Assembly: GCF_964188315.1 (NCBI RefSeq)
Contig: NC_135667.1
Span: 9,734,001 to 9,798,000, forward strand
Reading direction: 5' to 3'
Length of the DNA: 64,000 bases
Source of the DNA: Podarcis muralis
Taxonomy: Eukaryota
Shown: positions 34,537 through 47,629 of the stretch, piece after piece
How positions within the stretch are numbered: the first letter of the stretch is position 1
Layout of the letters: each line of letters begins with the position of its first letter
Notes under the pieces: model-generated
Told to the model about the DNA's origin: nothing
The model's database searches: none
What the model saw: the letters and a program-made list of their open reading frames with translations, nothing else
Program-made: the position numbers and the translations under genes

Positions 34537-34720
34537 CAGTTGTACCTCTAATAATGAACGTAATTCGCTCCGGAGGTCTGTTCTTAACCTGAAACTGTTC
34601 TTAACTAGAGGTGTGCTTTCACTAATGGGGCCTCTTGCTGACGCTGCGCCGCCAGCACACGATTTCCATTCTCATCCTGGGACAAAGTTCTCAACTCGAG
34701 GTAACTCTTCCAGGTTATTT
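34537..34720 (+). mobile_element. Partial Tc1/mariner-type MITE (17537 family)
   Basis: ta|cagttgtacctc...gttcttaacctgaaactgttcttaac...ctaatggggcctc...ttctcatcctg. Confidence 0.7.
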
Positions 34721-35199
34721 AAGGTAGTGCCATTTTTCGCCAACATTTCTCTGTTGAAAATAGGGACATCCCATTCCAGAAAGATAATTTTACTATTTAT
34801 ACCCCACACATCTTACTGGGTTGCCCCAGCCACTCTAGGCAGCTTCCAACATATATAAAAATATAATAAAACATTAAACATTTTTTTTCAAAAAAACCTA
34901 CCTATACCAGATTGCTTTAAGATGGCCTAGGGGTCGGCTAACTCCCTACCCTCCAACATTTCTCTAACGAAAATAGGGACATCCTAAGGAAAAGTGGGAC
35001 ATTCCGGGATCAAATCAGGAACCAGGATGGCTTCTCCAAATCAGGGATGTCCCTGGAAAATAGGGACACTTGGAGGGTCTGTGATGTTTGGACGGTTTGA
35101 ACTGAGCAGGACCTATTGGGAATTGTAATCCAAACATAACAAGAGCACAGATTGTAGAAGGCTAATTCAAGCATTGTGACCATCCTCCAAAGGCATGTT

Positions 35200-35261
35200 T
35201 AAATAAAGCTTGCTCAACTGGTATTATGTCAACAGAATGAAGACAATCAGCTGTGGTAAGA
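35200..35261 (+). promoter_or_regulatory. Putative first exon of the OR at 36569, ending GTG|gtaaga
   Basis: Homologous to 40430-40502 (ttaaataaa...ctggtatt...|gtaagatt), with ATG changed to GTG at 35253-35255. Confidence 0.5.
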
Positions 35262-36568
35262 TTATAGGATTTAGAAATCTACATGAAACATAATTTCACC
35301 ATGGCTATGCCAGGCATATTACAGAATATTATACTGATTTGCTTTCTTTATAAATGTATTTATAGATTTTTTTATTATGGGCTGAACATGACTATCTTTT
35401 GTGTGACAGACATCTAGTGCAGTATAAATGCATTATTTTGTGTTTTGTGCATTCTGTTTTCTTCCTACCTTTGTCCGAAAATAGATATACTATACTTCTA
35501 CATAATTAAATCATTAAATAGGCAATAAAGTTAGAATAAAACCCAAAATAATAATCTACAAAGTAGTTGGAAATGGAACCACAAATCTATTACTGTTAAT
35601 ATTATGTATCTATCTATCAAAGTCTTTATTTGATTATACATATGAGGCTGGGTGTATTTCTTCAGGAAGGGATATACCATGAAATCGTATAAAGTCTTCT
35701 TAGAAGTTTGTCTCCTAGAGTTCAACAAGGTTTAATCCTAGGAAAATGGGAATAGGATTGCAGCCTTAATGCTCTATGTACAAATGCTGAATTTTTGTAT
35801 TTGGTTGGATATAAGGATGAGTGGTTGTGTGAATTTTGGTTTCTCTCTGTTCCTCACTTTTCACATTCTGAAGTTTGGTTTTCCACATTTTCAAATCGGA
35901 TTGTTGTTGTTGTTGTTGTTTAAGTCATCCTGAAAAATTGTCAGTATCTCATTGCAAATTTCTCCTATTCCCCCCCCCCCCATCCCTAGTTGGAAGATTG
36001 AGGATGCTGTGGTTTGTTTGTTTGTTTAAAAAGAGAAGAAGGTATAAATGAGAAATAAGGCTCTTTGTGATCAACAACTTTATCTTGTAAATGATATTAT
36101 AAAGAAGCAATAGAAATAAAACAAACACATAATTAGAGGTAAGGTAAAGCAGCTATCTTTCTTTTAATAAGGTCCAGTGAAGTTCTGACCGTCTTGAACA
36201 ACACATGTTTACATGCAATGTACAGTGAAGAATGCTGGTCATTTTCCAAGTGCAGAGTACTGCAAAATCAATGACAATTTTACAGAATCATGATCTGGAG
36301 GAAAACCTACTTTGAGCTTTCTGTTCTAAACTTCTACTGCTGGCAAGAAAACAAAACATTCTGTATTTTTTTATGAGCAACAGAACAAAAGTAACAAAGA
36401 ATTAGTTGTGGTGTCAACAGAAAACATCTTGATAATTCTTGTCAGCGAGGAAGCTCCTGTTAGTGCCCAGAACAGTAGAAGAGCGGAAAAAGAGTCTGCC
36501 TTGAATCACACAAACTCTAAAGCATACATGTTTCAACTGCTTGATTGTTCTATACTTCCACATTGGCC

Positions 36569-37516
36569 ATGGGATTGAAGAACCAGAGCAGCATGGAGCA
36601 GGTGACTGAGTTCATCTTAACTAGCTTCCAACTTCCTAGGCACTTGGAGCTCATCCTTTTTGTGGTGCTTCTTGTTGTTTTCCTGATAACAATATCTGGG
36701 AATATCGCCATCATCACACTGGTATGTCTGGATCAGCGCCTTCAAACCCCCATGTACTTTTTCCTCTGCAACCTCTCACTCATGGAGGTCTTCTTTGTCA
36801 TGTCTATTATCCCCAAGATGCTGGTGGACATGGTTTCTCTGAACAAAGCCATCTCTTTCTTGGCCTGTGTGGCCCAGTGCTATTTCTACTTCTTCTTTGG
36901 GGCCAGTGAAACCATCCTTCTTGCTGTGATGGCCTTTGATCGCTATGTTGCCATCTGCAAGCCACTGCGCTATGCCATCATCATGAATGGATGCGTCTGC
37001 ATTGATTTGGTCCTGGGCTGCTGGATCGGTGGCTTCCTTGCTCCTGTTGCCCCAATCATTTTACTCTACCCACTATCCTTCTGTGGCTCTAATATTATAG
37101 ACCATTTCTTCTGTGACTACACCCCAGTTGTAAAGCTTTCTTGCAGTGATGTGCAGGCCCTCCTGGCTCTGGAGAATGTCTTCTGCTCAGTTATTCTCCT
37201 GGGCTCTTTGTTTGTCACTCTTCTCTCTTACATCTACATCATTGGCACCATCTTGCGCATGCATTCCACCAAAAGTCGACAAAAGACATTTTCCACCTGT
37301 GCATCTCACATCACTGTAGCCTCCATTTTTTATGGCAGCTCAATTATCATGTATGCTTTACCCAGCCAGGGATACTCCCAAGATGTCCAGATGGGCCTTG
37401 CTGTCCTTACTGGGGTAGTTACTCCTTTACTGAATCCTTTTATTTATAGTCTAAGGAATGAGAAGGTCAAAGAGGCCTTCAAAGACTGTCTGAAGAAGAG
37501 AAAATTCACACTCTGA
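36569..37516 (+). CDS. Olfactory receptor, family-6-like, 315 aa (MGLKNQSSMEQ...)
   Basis: Motifs LQTPMYFFLCNLS, MAFDRYVAICKPLRY, DHFFCD, KTFSTCASH, PLLNPFIYSLRN. First ATG is at 36569. Confidence 0.96.
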   Translation: MGLKNQSSMEQVTEFILTSFQLPRHLELILFVVLLVVFLITISGNIAIITLVCLDQRLQTPMYFFLCNLSLMEVFFVMSIIPKMLVDMVSLNKAISFLACVAQCYFYFFFGASETILLAVMAFDRYVAICKPLRYAIIMNGCVCIDLVLGCWIGGFLAPVAPIILLYPLSFCGSNIIDHFFCDYTPVVKLSCSDVQALLALENVFCSVILLGSLFVTLLSYIYIIGTILRMHSTKSRQKTFSTCASHITVASIFYGSSIIMYALPSQGYSQDVQMGLAVLTGVVTPLLNPFIYSLRNEKVKEAFKDCLKKRKFTL

Positions 37517-38466
37517 GAATGAAGCAACTTGTTGATCCATCCTGCTCTTCCTTTGTTGAACTGTCATTGGTTTGATTTGTTCTTCTACACATTGCCTGGA
37601 GAATGAGGGCAAGTTGTAGGGAGATGTGGTCAGTGCTTTTTTCTTTAAAAAAATGTTTAGGGGTACTCTCATTTTCCTACTCATATTGAAATACTGCCCC
37701 TCAACGAGGCCAAACTTAGATTCACAAAATGTTTAGCGGTATGCGTACCACTGCATACTCCCAGAAAAAAAGCACTGGATGGGTTAAATCCCACCTTACC
37801 TCCAAGGAGCACAAGGTGCTGTGCATGGTTCTCCGCACTACCCATTCCACCCTCACAACAACTATGTGAGGTAGGTTAAAGAAACAGAAATACAAAATTG
37901 GGTCATATGACAAGAAGGTTATTAAAAAAACAAACCAAAAATTGCACCTTTTCTCTCACACACATGCCCAGAAAATGGAGAACATTGTGCATGTGGGGTA
38001 GTAGTCACCTTTTTCCTTTAGAACACGGATGGGGAATCTCTGACATATGGGCCAAATATGGTGTTCCAGGTGCCCCCATTGGGATCTTCAAACCATTTCA
38101 GGGAAAGCTGCACCCATCCACCATACACATGATGTGATATTTGCATAAGTTATGGGGCAGATAAGGGTGCGGTTTCAAAGGAACTATTACGAGATAAAAG
38201 CAGGCTCCTGATTATTCCTTTGCTCAAGGAAGGTTTGCTTTCCAATGTCCAGCAGCTGATCAGATGTTGACACACACCTTGCTCAAGGAAGGTGAAGTAG
38301 TCCCCATTCAGTGAAAATCACTTCTTCCTCCCAGTGATGTTCCTTGAAGTTGTCCCATGCTGGGGACTTAGGCACATTGGCAGAACTACCAATCGTGTGA
38401 CTTCATAATGATGCCACGTGATTGCCAAGTGAGGTGTCCACCCAACAGTCAATCGTTGCCATATAG

Positions 38467-38715
38467 CAGGCATGTCCAACAGATAGATCATGATCTACCG
38501 GTAGATCATTGGATGTCTGTGGTAGATTACTGGTAGATCACTGGCTCCCCCCAAAGAAGCTGAACAACTGTGGCTCCCCTAAAAAAGCTCAGCATTTTAC
38601 CTCCTCCCTGAAAAAGCTCAATAACTTTGACCTGAACCCTAAAAAAGGGGGTAGATCACTGTCAGTTTTTAACTCTGTGAGTAGATCGCAGTCTCTTGGG
38701 AGTTGGCCACCTGTG
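38467..38715. mobile_element. hAT-type MITE
   Basis: caggcatgtccaac...gttggccacctgtg termini, internal gtagatc repeats, degraded 8-bp TSD. Confidence 0.55.
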
Positions 38716-39303
38716 CTCTACAGGGTGGAGCCGAATGTTCCACTGCCTTCCCTCTAATGTCACTAAGTCTGGGATCCTGGGAAGGATGAAAACTCCTGGC
38801 CAGAATTCCAACACACTTGCTGCTGCTGTGCCCGACTCCACTTGCAACCTTGGGGTGGAGGAGAGAAAGAAGAAGATAAGCTAATGTATTGTAATCATTA
38901 TTATTTATTTATTATACCGCCCTTCATCTGTGGATCACAGGGCAGTTTGCAGTACAGACATCCCTTCCACATACACACGATCAATTAGTAATCAACTGTG
39001 TATACACGCAGTGCTGGGAAATAATCAAATAATTCAATTCAAACCAGGAAATGTTGGGAGAGAGCTGGAGAGTGCTTGTGGCTCATGGATAGGCCATCCC
39101 CGGAGCTCAGAGAGGAAGCCCCTTAGAGACCAGAAGTGTAGTGGGGCTTTGTTTAGGGTGCTCAGCCTCCCTGCCTAACAGACGGTGTGTGGGGCAGCGC
39201 AGCAGCAGCAGTCACTTTTCCACACGTCCTCCAGCCTCCTGCCCACCTCAGAGCTTCAATTCTAGTTGTGGATATTTTTGGACACAGTATTCTTGGTCCA
39301 ATG

Positions 39304-39669
39304 GGGACGCGGGTGGCGCTGTGGGTAAAAGCCTCAGCACCTAGGGCTTGCCGATCGAAAGGTCGGCAGTTCGAATCCCCGCGGCGGGGTGCGCTCCCGT
39401 TGCTCGGTCCCAGCACCTGCCAACCTAGCAGTTCGAAAGCACCCCCGGGTGCAAGTAGATAAATAGGGACCGCTTACTGGCGGGAAGGTAAACGGCGTTT
39501 CCGTGTGCTGCGCTGGCTCGCCAGATGCAGCTTGTCACGCTGGCCACGTGACCCGGAAGTGTCTGCGGACAGCGCTGGCTCCCGGCCTATAGAGTGAGAT
39601 GAGCGCACAACCCTAGAGTCTGGCAAGACTGGCCCGTACGGGCAGGGGTACCTTTACCTTTACCTTTAC
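39304..39669 (+). mobile_element. Sauria SINE, full length, different subfamily from 24202
   Basis: gggacgcgggtggcgctgtgg head and (ACCTTT)n tail. 10-bp TSD tattcttggt at 39288-39297 and 39670-39679. Confidence 0.94.
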
Positions 39670-40419
39670 TATTCTTGGTATGGGTTGAAGAGAGAGTGGC
39701 AGAGAGGGAGTTTAAAGGGTGTTTAAAAGGTGTTCCCCACCTTATGTGATTTCACTTAAGCATGAGGGGGCCCGGAATGTAACCCCAAGATAAGTGGGGA
39801 GTCACCTGCATAAAAACACAACAATGCATAACATAATTACAAATGAAACCCTCCCCCAAACCACATACACAGTTTCAAAGGCCATAGATTATTTAATTAG
39901 CCAAAGGTACACAGAGGATGAATGGTTTTTTCCTGGCACCTAAATATATGAAAGGAAAGCACCAGGCGAGCCTCCCTGGGGAGAGCATTCCACAAACAGT
40001 AAGAACAAAAGTGCTTACTGTTGCTAAAGGTGAGCCCCACTTTAAATGAACTGTTGGGAAATAACTCCTCCCTCTGGAAAATAATTGATGAAATAGTATT
40101 ATAAGATGTTTCTCCTTTTGAATGCAACCTGTCAATATCATGCCAGCACACATGTTTCAGAGTAGGAGAATATAGTAGCTGAATCATAGATTGTCTGCTT
40201 TGCCCGAATAAGGTCCCAGGTTTGACCTCCACCATGTCCAGGCAGAGAAATTGCTGGAGAAATTGCCAACCCAACCCAAATATAGGATTGAACATGGGAC
40301 TGTTTGAAGCTGGCAGGGGCTGCTGGGAATTGTAATCCAAACACAATGATAGAACAAGGATGAAGAAGACTGATTCATGCAGCAGAAACCTGGTCTGTTC
40401 CATCTCAGTATAATTGTCA

Positions 40420-40502
40420 TCTTCCCAAGGTACCTTTAAATAAATTGTGCCTTGCTGGTATTCTATAGAGAGGATTAGGAAAGGCACCCAGCCATGGTAA
40501 GA
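40420..40502 (+). promoter_or_regulatory. Putative promoter and first exon of the OR at 41294, ending ATG|gtaaga
   Basis: taattg and ttcccaagg upstream, tttaaataaa, ATG at 40494-40496, donor at 40497. Confidence 0.5.
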
Positions 40503-41293
40503 TTCATGGACTTGGAAAACTTACATCATTTCTGTTTGAGACTTTCAGCTGATAACTGCACCATACTTAGGCAACACTCTACAAATTTACCCTACACAGG
40601 AACACTTATCTATTATTTAACTTATGGATCAACATGGGCAAATTTGCTTTTTGTGTAATGTTTACTTTTCTCTTTGTTTCCTTTTTTGTTGGTTTTAATG
40701 TCTCTGTTCTTTTGTTTATATATTGTAAGTCTCTTAAAATTACTTTAGTAAAACAGTGACCAGTAAATTTAATGAAGCAAATAACAGACACACTATTATC
40801 TATGCTATACTACACAATCCAATCATTACATAGCAAAAAGTTGGCATTTTAATTGTTTCAGCGCTTGATCTGAAAATGCATATGAGCCTCTCCTCTCCAG
40901 GAAGGTATTTAAAGGGCAAATTTTTGATGTCTAGGAGCCAATAAAACTGCTTGGAGGTTTTAATGCAACCAAGCAGTACATAAATGTTGCAAAATAAATT
41001 GGGGTTTTTTAAGTACAGTAAGAAGTCAGTCCCACAGAATTCAATGGAAATTTGAACACTAATAATGTATGAGGAAATGTTGATTTCATTATTATTATTA
41101 TTTGTATTCCTTAAGAAGATTGGGATGCTCTGGTTTTAAGTGTAAGCCTTTTGGCAACTGTAAGGGAGGGGGATCCTGTTAGTGCCCAGATTACTGGAAG
41201 AGATGAAGAACAGTTTTCCTTAAATCATACAAACCCTAAAGTGTATATGTGTGTGTTTCATCTGCTTGATCATCCCACAATTCCACTTTGGCC

Positions 41294-42241
41294 ATGGGAA
41301 TGAGGAATCACAGCAGCATGGAACAGGTGACCGAGTTCATCTTAATTGGCTTCCAACTTCCTAGGCAATGGGAGCTCTTCCTTTTTGTGGTGCTGCTTCT
41401 TGTTTTCCTGTTAACGGTAGCTGGGAATATCACCATCATCACACTGGTATGCTTGGACCAGCGCCTCCAAACCCCCATGTACTTTTTCCTCTGCAACCTC
41501 TCACTCATTGAGGTCTTCTTCGTCACATCTATCATCCCCAAGATGCTGGTGAACATGGTTTCTCTGAACAAAGCCATCTCTTACTCGGGCTGTGTGACCC
41601 AATGCTATTTCTACTTCTCCTTTGGCGGCAGTGAAGCCATCCTTATTGCCGTGATGGCCTTTGATCGCTATGTCGCCATCTGCAAACCTCTTCGCTATAC
41701 CATCATCATGAATGGATGGGTCTGCACCGATCTGGTCTTGGGCTGCTGGGTTTGTGGTTCCGTCACTACACTTGTCCCCATCATCCTGCTCTTGGACCTA
41801 TCCTTCTGTGGCTCTAACACCATTGACCATTTCTTCTGTGACTATGCCCCAATGATAAAGCTTTCTTGTAATGATGTACATTTCAACCTGGCTCTGGAGA
41901 ATGTCGTGTCCTCGGTGGTGCTCCTGGGCTCTTTGTTTGCCACTCTTCTCTCTTACGTCTACATCATTGCCACCATCTTGCGCATGCAGTCCACCACAGG
42001 TCGACTAAAGACATTTTCCACCTGTGCATCTCACATCACTGTTGCTTCCATCTTTTATCTCTGTTCAATCTTCATGTACTCTTTACCCAGCCAGGGATAC
42101 TCCCAGGATGTCCAGATGGGCATTGCTGTCCTTACAGCAGCTGTTACACCTTTACTGAACCCTTTTATTTATAGTCTAAGGAATGAGAAGGTCAAGGAGG
42201 TATTCAAAGACTTTCTGAAGAAGAGGAGATTCACACTGTGA
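41294..42241 (+). CDS. Olfactory receptor, family-6-like, 315 aa (MGMRNHSSMEQ...)
   Basis: All OR motifs present; close paralogue of 36569 and 48645. Confidence 0.96.
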   Translation: MGMRNHSSMEQVTEFILIGFQLPRQWELFLFVVLLLVFLLTVAGNITIITLVCLDQRLQTPMYFFLCNLSLIEVFFVTSIIPKMLVNMVSLNKAISYSGCVTQCYFYFSFGGSEAILIAVMAFDRYVAICKPLRYTIIMNGWVCTDLVLGCWVCGSVTTLVPIILLLDLSFCGSNTIDHFFCDYAPMIKLSCNDVHFNLALENVVSSVVLLGSLFATLLSYVYIIATILRMQSTTGRLKTFSTCASHITVASIFYLCSIFMYSLPSQGYSQDVQMGIAVLTAAVTPLLNPFIYSLRNEKVKEVFKDFLKKRRFTL

Positions 42242-42984
42242 GAATGAAGCAACTCTTTGATACACCCTGCTCTTTCGTCATAGCATCCTGCTGATTCAGT
42301 TTGTACTGGTTGATTGGAATGCGAACAAGGGTGTTGAACTGCTGGTTGTGTTGTTTCTTCTGCATTGATGTAGTTTGATAGGAAGAAGTGACCCCTTTAT
42401 TTCAACTTCAATAAAGGTAATTAAACAATTGCACCATCAAATCACTGCAAGAATGTTGGAAGTGCAATTCAGTCACCACATGTAAAATGACCGTATATAA
42501 AAAACTGGGTAACTGGGGTTTGACCTTCACTCTGTGTGTTCCAGTCTATGTTTTCTGGCAATTAGAGCTGCTGGAATAAAGGGTGAAAAGTAGGATTAAA
42601 TATCCTGTGGATCCCTTGCTAGTATTCTTGGGGATGCAGTCTCAAATTTAATTCTCCCCCTCTTCCTGAATAAGTCCCAATCCAGGGAAAGTATATATTG
42701 ACACTGCTACTGGCATCTTCATGAGTTTTCCCACTGCCTGAAACTATTGGAATGCTCTATCCTTCTCATACTTCTGTAGAAACTGAGCTCCATCTGATAC
42801 AGACAGACAGCTGTCATAACTGTGTGTATGATTGTTATCTGCATGCCTTGGGAGTTTAAGTTATTGTGACTTATATTGTAATTTGATATTCTTTGAGAAA
42901 TTTATTGGGATTGATTATGGCATAGGGTTTTTAGGGGATAGTGTAGAGAGTTTTCATTAGAACTGAGCTGAAATATCAAATAAT

Positions 42985-43385
42985 TGTCACTGTGAGAAAG
43001 TTCTTCCTGATGCTTAGCCAAAATCTCCTTTCTTGTAACTTGAATGCATTGATTCAGGTCCTACTCTCTGGAGCAGGAGAAAACAAGCTTGCTCTATATT
43101 CCCCAAGTGGTAGCCCTTTAGATATTTGAAGACGCAAAGGCAAATCTAGGGGAACAAAACTGGTTTGGTTGCACTGGCCACGGAACTTCTGGGGCACTGC
43201 AACAATTTGAGACACGAAAGTCTACAAGTAGGAGAAGGCTAGCATATTTCTTCTCAGTCTCTTCTTTCCCAGAGTAAACATACCCAACTCCCTCATCTGT
43301 TCCTCATAAGGCTTGGTTACAAGACCCTTGCTAATCTTGGTTGCCCTCCTCTGTGCATGCTCCGCCTTGTCAACATCCTTAAATT
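42985..43385 (-). mobile_element. Degraded CR1 3' RT fragment
   Basis: Reverse-complement similarity to the CR1 at 50378-50935 (aagaacttcctgacagt, cttatgaggaa, gagggcaaccaagat), with an insert of about 100 bp. Confidence 0.7.
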
Positions 43386-45253
43386 ATTCTTTATCACAAA
43401 CTTTTTCCTAGAGACACATTTTTGTACACATTATGTGGCTCAAGGACAGCTGAGTTTCAGTATGCATACTATTTCAGAAAGTGTGACTTAGGTAGGTTTG
43501 TGTTTAAATGCAAGCTGAATTAAATCTTTCCCACCATCCCTGCAATGAGTCCAGATCCACTTTGTCTCTAGGTTTAATAAGCAGAAGGAATATACCATCT
43601 GTGTTTCATACGTCATCTTGGAGATGGTTACCACAATCCCTTGGACATTAATTTCACAATAAGGGAAGCAAAGAAATAGGGGCATATTTTGATTTGTGTT
43701 GTATGTCATGCAGTGTCTTTAACAGAGGTGCATATATGATACTATTTACATGATACTCCCACTTGCACATTCAGTGTGAAATCATATCTATCGTCCACAC
43801 ACATTAAAGCTTTGTTTTCAGTGTTTGTGGAATGGGTCCTATTCATATACAGCTGTATGCATTAGAACTCTGAGGCAAAATTTAGTTACTCAAAGAGATA
43901 TCTGTCTTTAAGTTTCTTTTCATTAATGCTGAATGTGTGGCTAATAGAAATGAGGGGAGAACCTACCTATTTCTGGCTTCCAAAAGAAAATAGGTGAACC
44001 AAAAAACCACCATTTCCCCAAAAGTATGCTTCTCAAATTTTGCAATGCCGTCATTCCACCAAGTAATATGTACAAAAATGTACGTACTAGAGTGAAGTGT
44101 GCATATAAATGTGTATATTAGTGACAGTTGCTTTGCAACAATGTTTGTATTTGAGAAATGTGCAATAAAATGATGCTAATGAATTTTAAGTAGAATTTTT
44201 TAAAAATGAAAACCGATATGGAAATGTAGAGAACTGAATTTATGATTATGGGAAATTGAGAGAAACTAAAGCTGACAGGTAAGAAAAATTAACAATTCAC
44301 AAATATTATGTATCAGGGGCTATCTTCCATGCTCGCTTCATTCAGCAACCCCCCTGTTCTGTTGGAGAATTTTAAGTTCAGCTGATGGATGTTGTACATA
44401 TATGGGTGTTTGCTTGTTAATAAAATATCTCTTCTAAATTCATACATTGAACCTGGAGCTTCAAAGATCACACATGTTACTAGGATTGAATACTGTGTAC
44501 AACCTGCCTTCATTTTTTCTCTCCTTCCCTGCCCTGACTTCATGCAAATTCAGGATTGTGATGTGTGACTAGAAAACCTCCAGTGGAGGCTACGTGATGA
44601 TAACCTTACATTTTTATGCATATAGGAAGACATACACTCCATTTTTGTTCTGGAACAGTTGACAGGTATGCATACTTTCTTTCCCTTTAATTTTCCTTTC
44701 CCCTTCTAATTCTTACAAAGCAGATAAATGATGCCAACTATCACTTCATTATCTAAGTTTATCATGGTCCCTTGAGGCCTCCTCCAAAGCAAACACTTCT
44801 AGCTGTGAATATGTCAAGGGGAGACAATTGGTGGAATCTAGTCCCCAACACACACGTAAGGCAAACTTTAAATTGAAGAATATTACCTATTCAAATAGCA
44901 AAGGCACATGTTGAGCCAGGCCCAGAAATGGGGTTCACCACCTACCCTAACACCAGCCAGCTCTCTTTGTAAGCCTTCCTGCCTCTGAAGCAATGTGAAG
45001 AAACAACAAAACAAATATATTGAGTTCTATCCAATATTAAACATACTTAGAGTGAACCCGTTGAAGGGAAGGGGAGCCTCATCCTGAAGTACCACATTTG
45101 TGGCCCACTAAGCCTCTCTATCTGGTATCCCAACTCTCCTCAGGTCACACCCTTCATTTGCTCTGCTTCACACCCACACATGTTATTCCACATCTGGAAT
45201 GTGTCCTTGAACTCTGCTTCTTGCTTGTCTGTACTTGCTTGTCTTCGGACTGA

Positions 45254-45345
45254 GCTGGGATAGCTCAGTCAGTACAGCATGAGACTCTTAATCCCAAGGT
45301 TATGGGTTCAAGCCTCATGTTGGGCAAATGATTCCTGCATTACAG
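45254..45345 (+). mobile_element. tRNA-Lys(CTT)-headed SINE fragment
   Basis: tagctcagtcagtacagcatgagactcttaatcccaaggttatgggttcaagcctcatgttgggcaaatgattcctgcatt; same family as 9810-9950. Confidence 0.75.
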
Positions 45346-45710
45346 AGGATCCTCGTGGTCTCTTCTGTTGCAGAAATTTATGTATAGGTTTGGGGGCGGG
45401 GTTGCCCCTCCAGCAGACATGCACATGCAGCCCACTACCAAATCAGCACAATCACTTTTGTGACTTTTGCAATTTGTCCCCACAAAACACTTCATCACAG
45501 TTTCTTCCTATCTATTCAAAGGGCCTCTGCTGCACAATACCAAATGTAACAATTCACTGATAATTGTATCTATGTACTGGGAAAACTTCAGAAATACATA
45601 TAGACATATGAGCTCAGCTACTCAGCAGCCCCTCTGCCTGAGTGATAATTCCTGGCATCCTGATACCTGAGTGCCAAAAAGGTTGCCATTCCAGAAATAA
45701 CAAACCCAGA

Positions 45711-45996
45711 TGTTATGTACTGAGTTGAATAGGATCCAAAATGCAGCAGTCTGATTGGTCCTAGAACAATGCAGCAGTATGATTGGTCCACAGGAGCCAC
45801 CCAATCCAGCTCCAGGTGGAAGTGAATCCACAACCTGATTGGCCTACAGGAGAATCCCAGAATTAGCCAATCACGTGCAGCCCATTGTGTAAATAATGTA
45901 TATAAAGCAGATATTTTGGGGAAACATTCATTCCTCCTCACCAGGATGAGCTGAATAAAGAGCATGAAATCCACTCTCAACTCCGAGTATATTTCA
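45711..45996 (+). mobile_element. Solo LTR
   Basis: TGTTATGTACT...TATATTTCA, 5-bp TSD ccaga at 45706-45710 and 45997-46001, CCAAT boxes, tatataaa, aataaa. Confidence 0.92.
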
Positions 45997-46900
45997 CCAG
46001 ATGAAGACAAAAGGGTGTGATTAACTTGGCTGGGAAACACTTGATGGGTGTTTGGTGGAGGGCAAGGGGAACCATGGGGCAGGGGGCAGGATGCTCAGAT
46101 TACTGCCACCAGACCTCCCCTTTCATGATGTATTAGTGATGTAGTTTGGGGGGGTTGTAACATGGGGATTAGCAGCTAATAAAAGTTTGGGTGCTCTTTT
46201 GTTTGAGGCTTCCATCTTGTTTCACCTTGTGGCAGGTGGGAGTCTTCAATAAAGACCAAGCTTACTGGCTGCTGTTTTGCTCTGGTATTCCTGGCTGGTG
46301 TCCTTGTTTTTTGTCCAAGGGAGCCCTCAGATTTCTCCATTAACACTTCCAACTCTACAATTCTGTGTTTCCATGCAGATACTGGTCTGTGCAAAATTAG
46401 CCACCTTCCTCCTCCCAGTGGGCATCAGTGACTCTCCTGGTGAGAAGTCAAGCAAGCGCAGCTGCCCCACCCTGCCACCCATTATTCCAAAGGAAATGAT
46501 CTGGCATTACTGTTGCAATGCTTTGAGTCCACAGTAGGGTGACCTAACAAGAGAGAGGGGTAAGATATCCCATTGGTGGCTCAGTACAGCCAATGCAGTA
46601 GTGTCCTAGCGTATTTGTTGGGGCAGCAATAAGATTGAAGGAGCCCCAGGTTCATGGTAGCCCCACAGGTGCAGATGACCCAGCAGGGTCACCACTAACC
46701 TGGAGCACTCTTGACCTTACAGACATTGCCTCTCCCTGTTCCACTGCTGTCCTGACCAGCACAATGCAGCCAATGACAGGAGGTTATTTACCTCTGTACC
46801 CACCCAACCAGGAAACACGTTTCCTACTTAGTAACAGCAATGCGCATTAAAATAACAGCATCAGAAAACGGGGCGGGTCCTCAAGGGTAATTTAGCTGTA

Positions 46901-47530
46901 CTGTGGTACCTTGGTTCTCAAACACCTTGGTACGCAAACGCCTTGATTCCCAAATGCCGAAAACCCGAAAGTAAGTGTTCCGGTTTTTCAACGTTTTTCA
47001 GAAGTCGAATGTCCAATGCGGTTGTCAGCTATTGTTTCCGGGGCACCTGCACCAAATAGAAGCCACACCTTGGCTTTCAAACCTTTTCAGAAGTCAAATG
47101 GACTTCCAGAACGGATTAAGTTTGAGAACCAAGGTACCACTGTATTGGCGCTTTTGTTTTTGCTATTTATTTTGCATTTTTGTTTTTGAGGCTACTGATT
47201 GATTATTGTGTGACTGCAGAAATGGATGAAAGCCCCCCATCCAAACAATGACTATCATCAGTGCAGGTAAGAATTTAATTATTTTTTATCATTTACAATA
47301 TTGTCTTATTTATTTTATAGTACAGTACATTGGTTATTGCTTTCATTTTATGTCCTGTTAGATTGTAAAATTCATGTAAAATTGCTGTTTTAGGGGTTGT
47401 TTTTAAAGTCTGGAATGGATTAAGCCATTTTGCATTACTTTCAATGGGAAAGCGTGCCTTGGTTTTGGAATGCTTTGGTTTTGGAATGGACTTCCGGAAC
47501 GGATTAAGTTTAAGAACCAAGGTACCACTG
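46901..47530. mobile_element. Tc1/mariner-pogo-type MITE with an internal extra TIR
   Basis: ta|ctgtggtaccttggttctcaaac start; gagaaccaaggtaccactg|ta at 47142 and aagaaccaaggtaccactg|ta at 47530. Confidence 0.8.
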
Positions 47531-47629
47531 TAGGTCAAACCTTCTCATGCAGGGAATCTGCTCCTACTAGCCCAAGAGAAAACATTCTGAAGTGTGCTTG
47601 ATTCACCTTGAATCCCCAAGAGTGAAATT

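Noticed and set aside
44271-44290. Strong donor gctgacag|gtaaga
   Set aside because: It sits at the end of what looks like a common AT-rich squamate repeat (44090-44280), with no matching upstream exon or promoter.
47255-47275. Donor-like cagtgcag|gtaaga
   Set aside because: It lies inside the 46901-47530 MITE, so it is transposon sequence.
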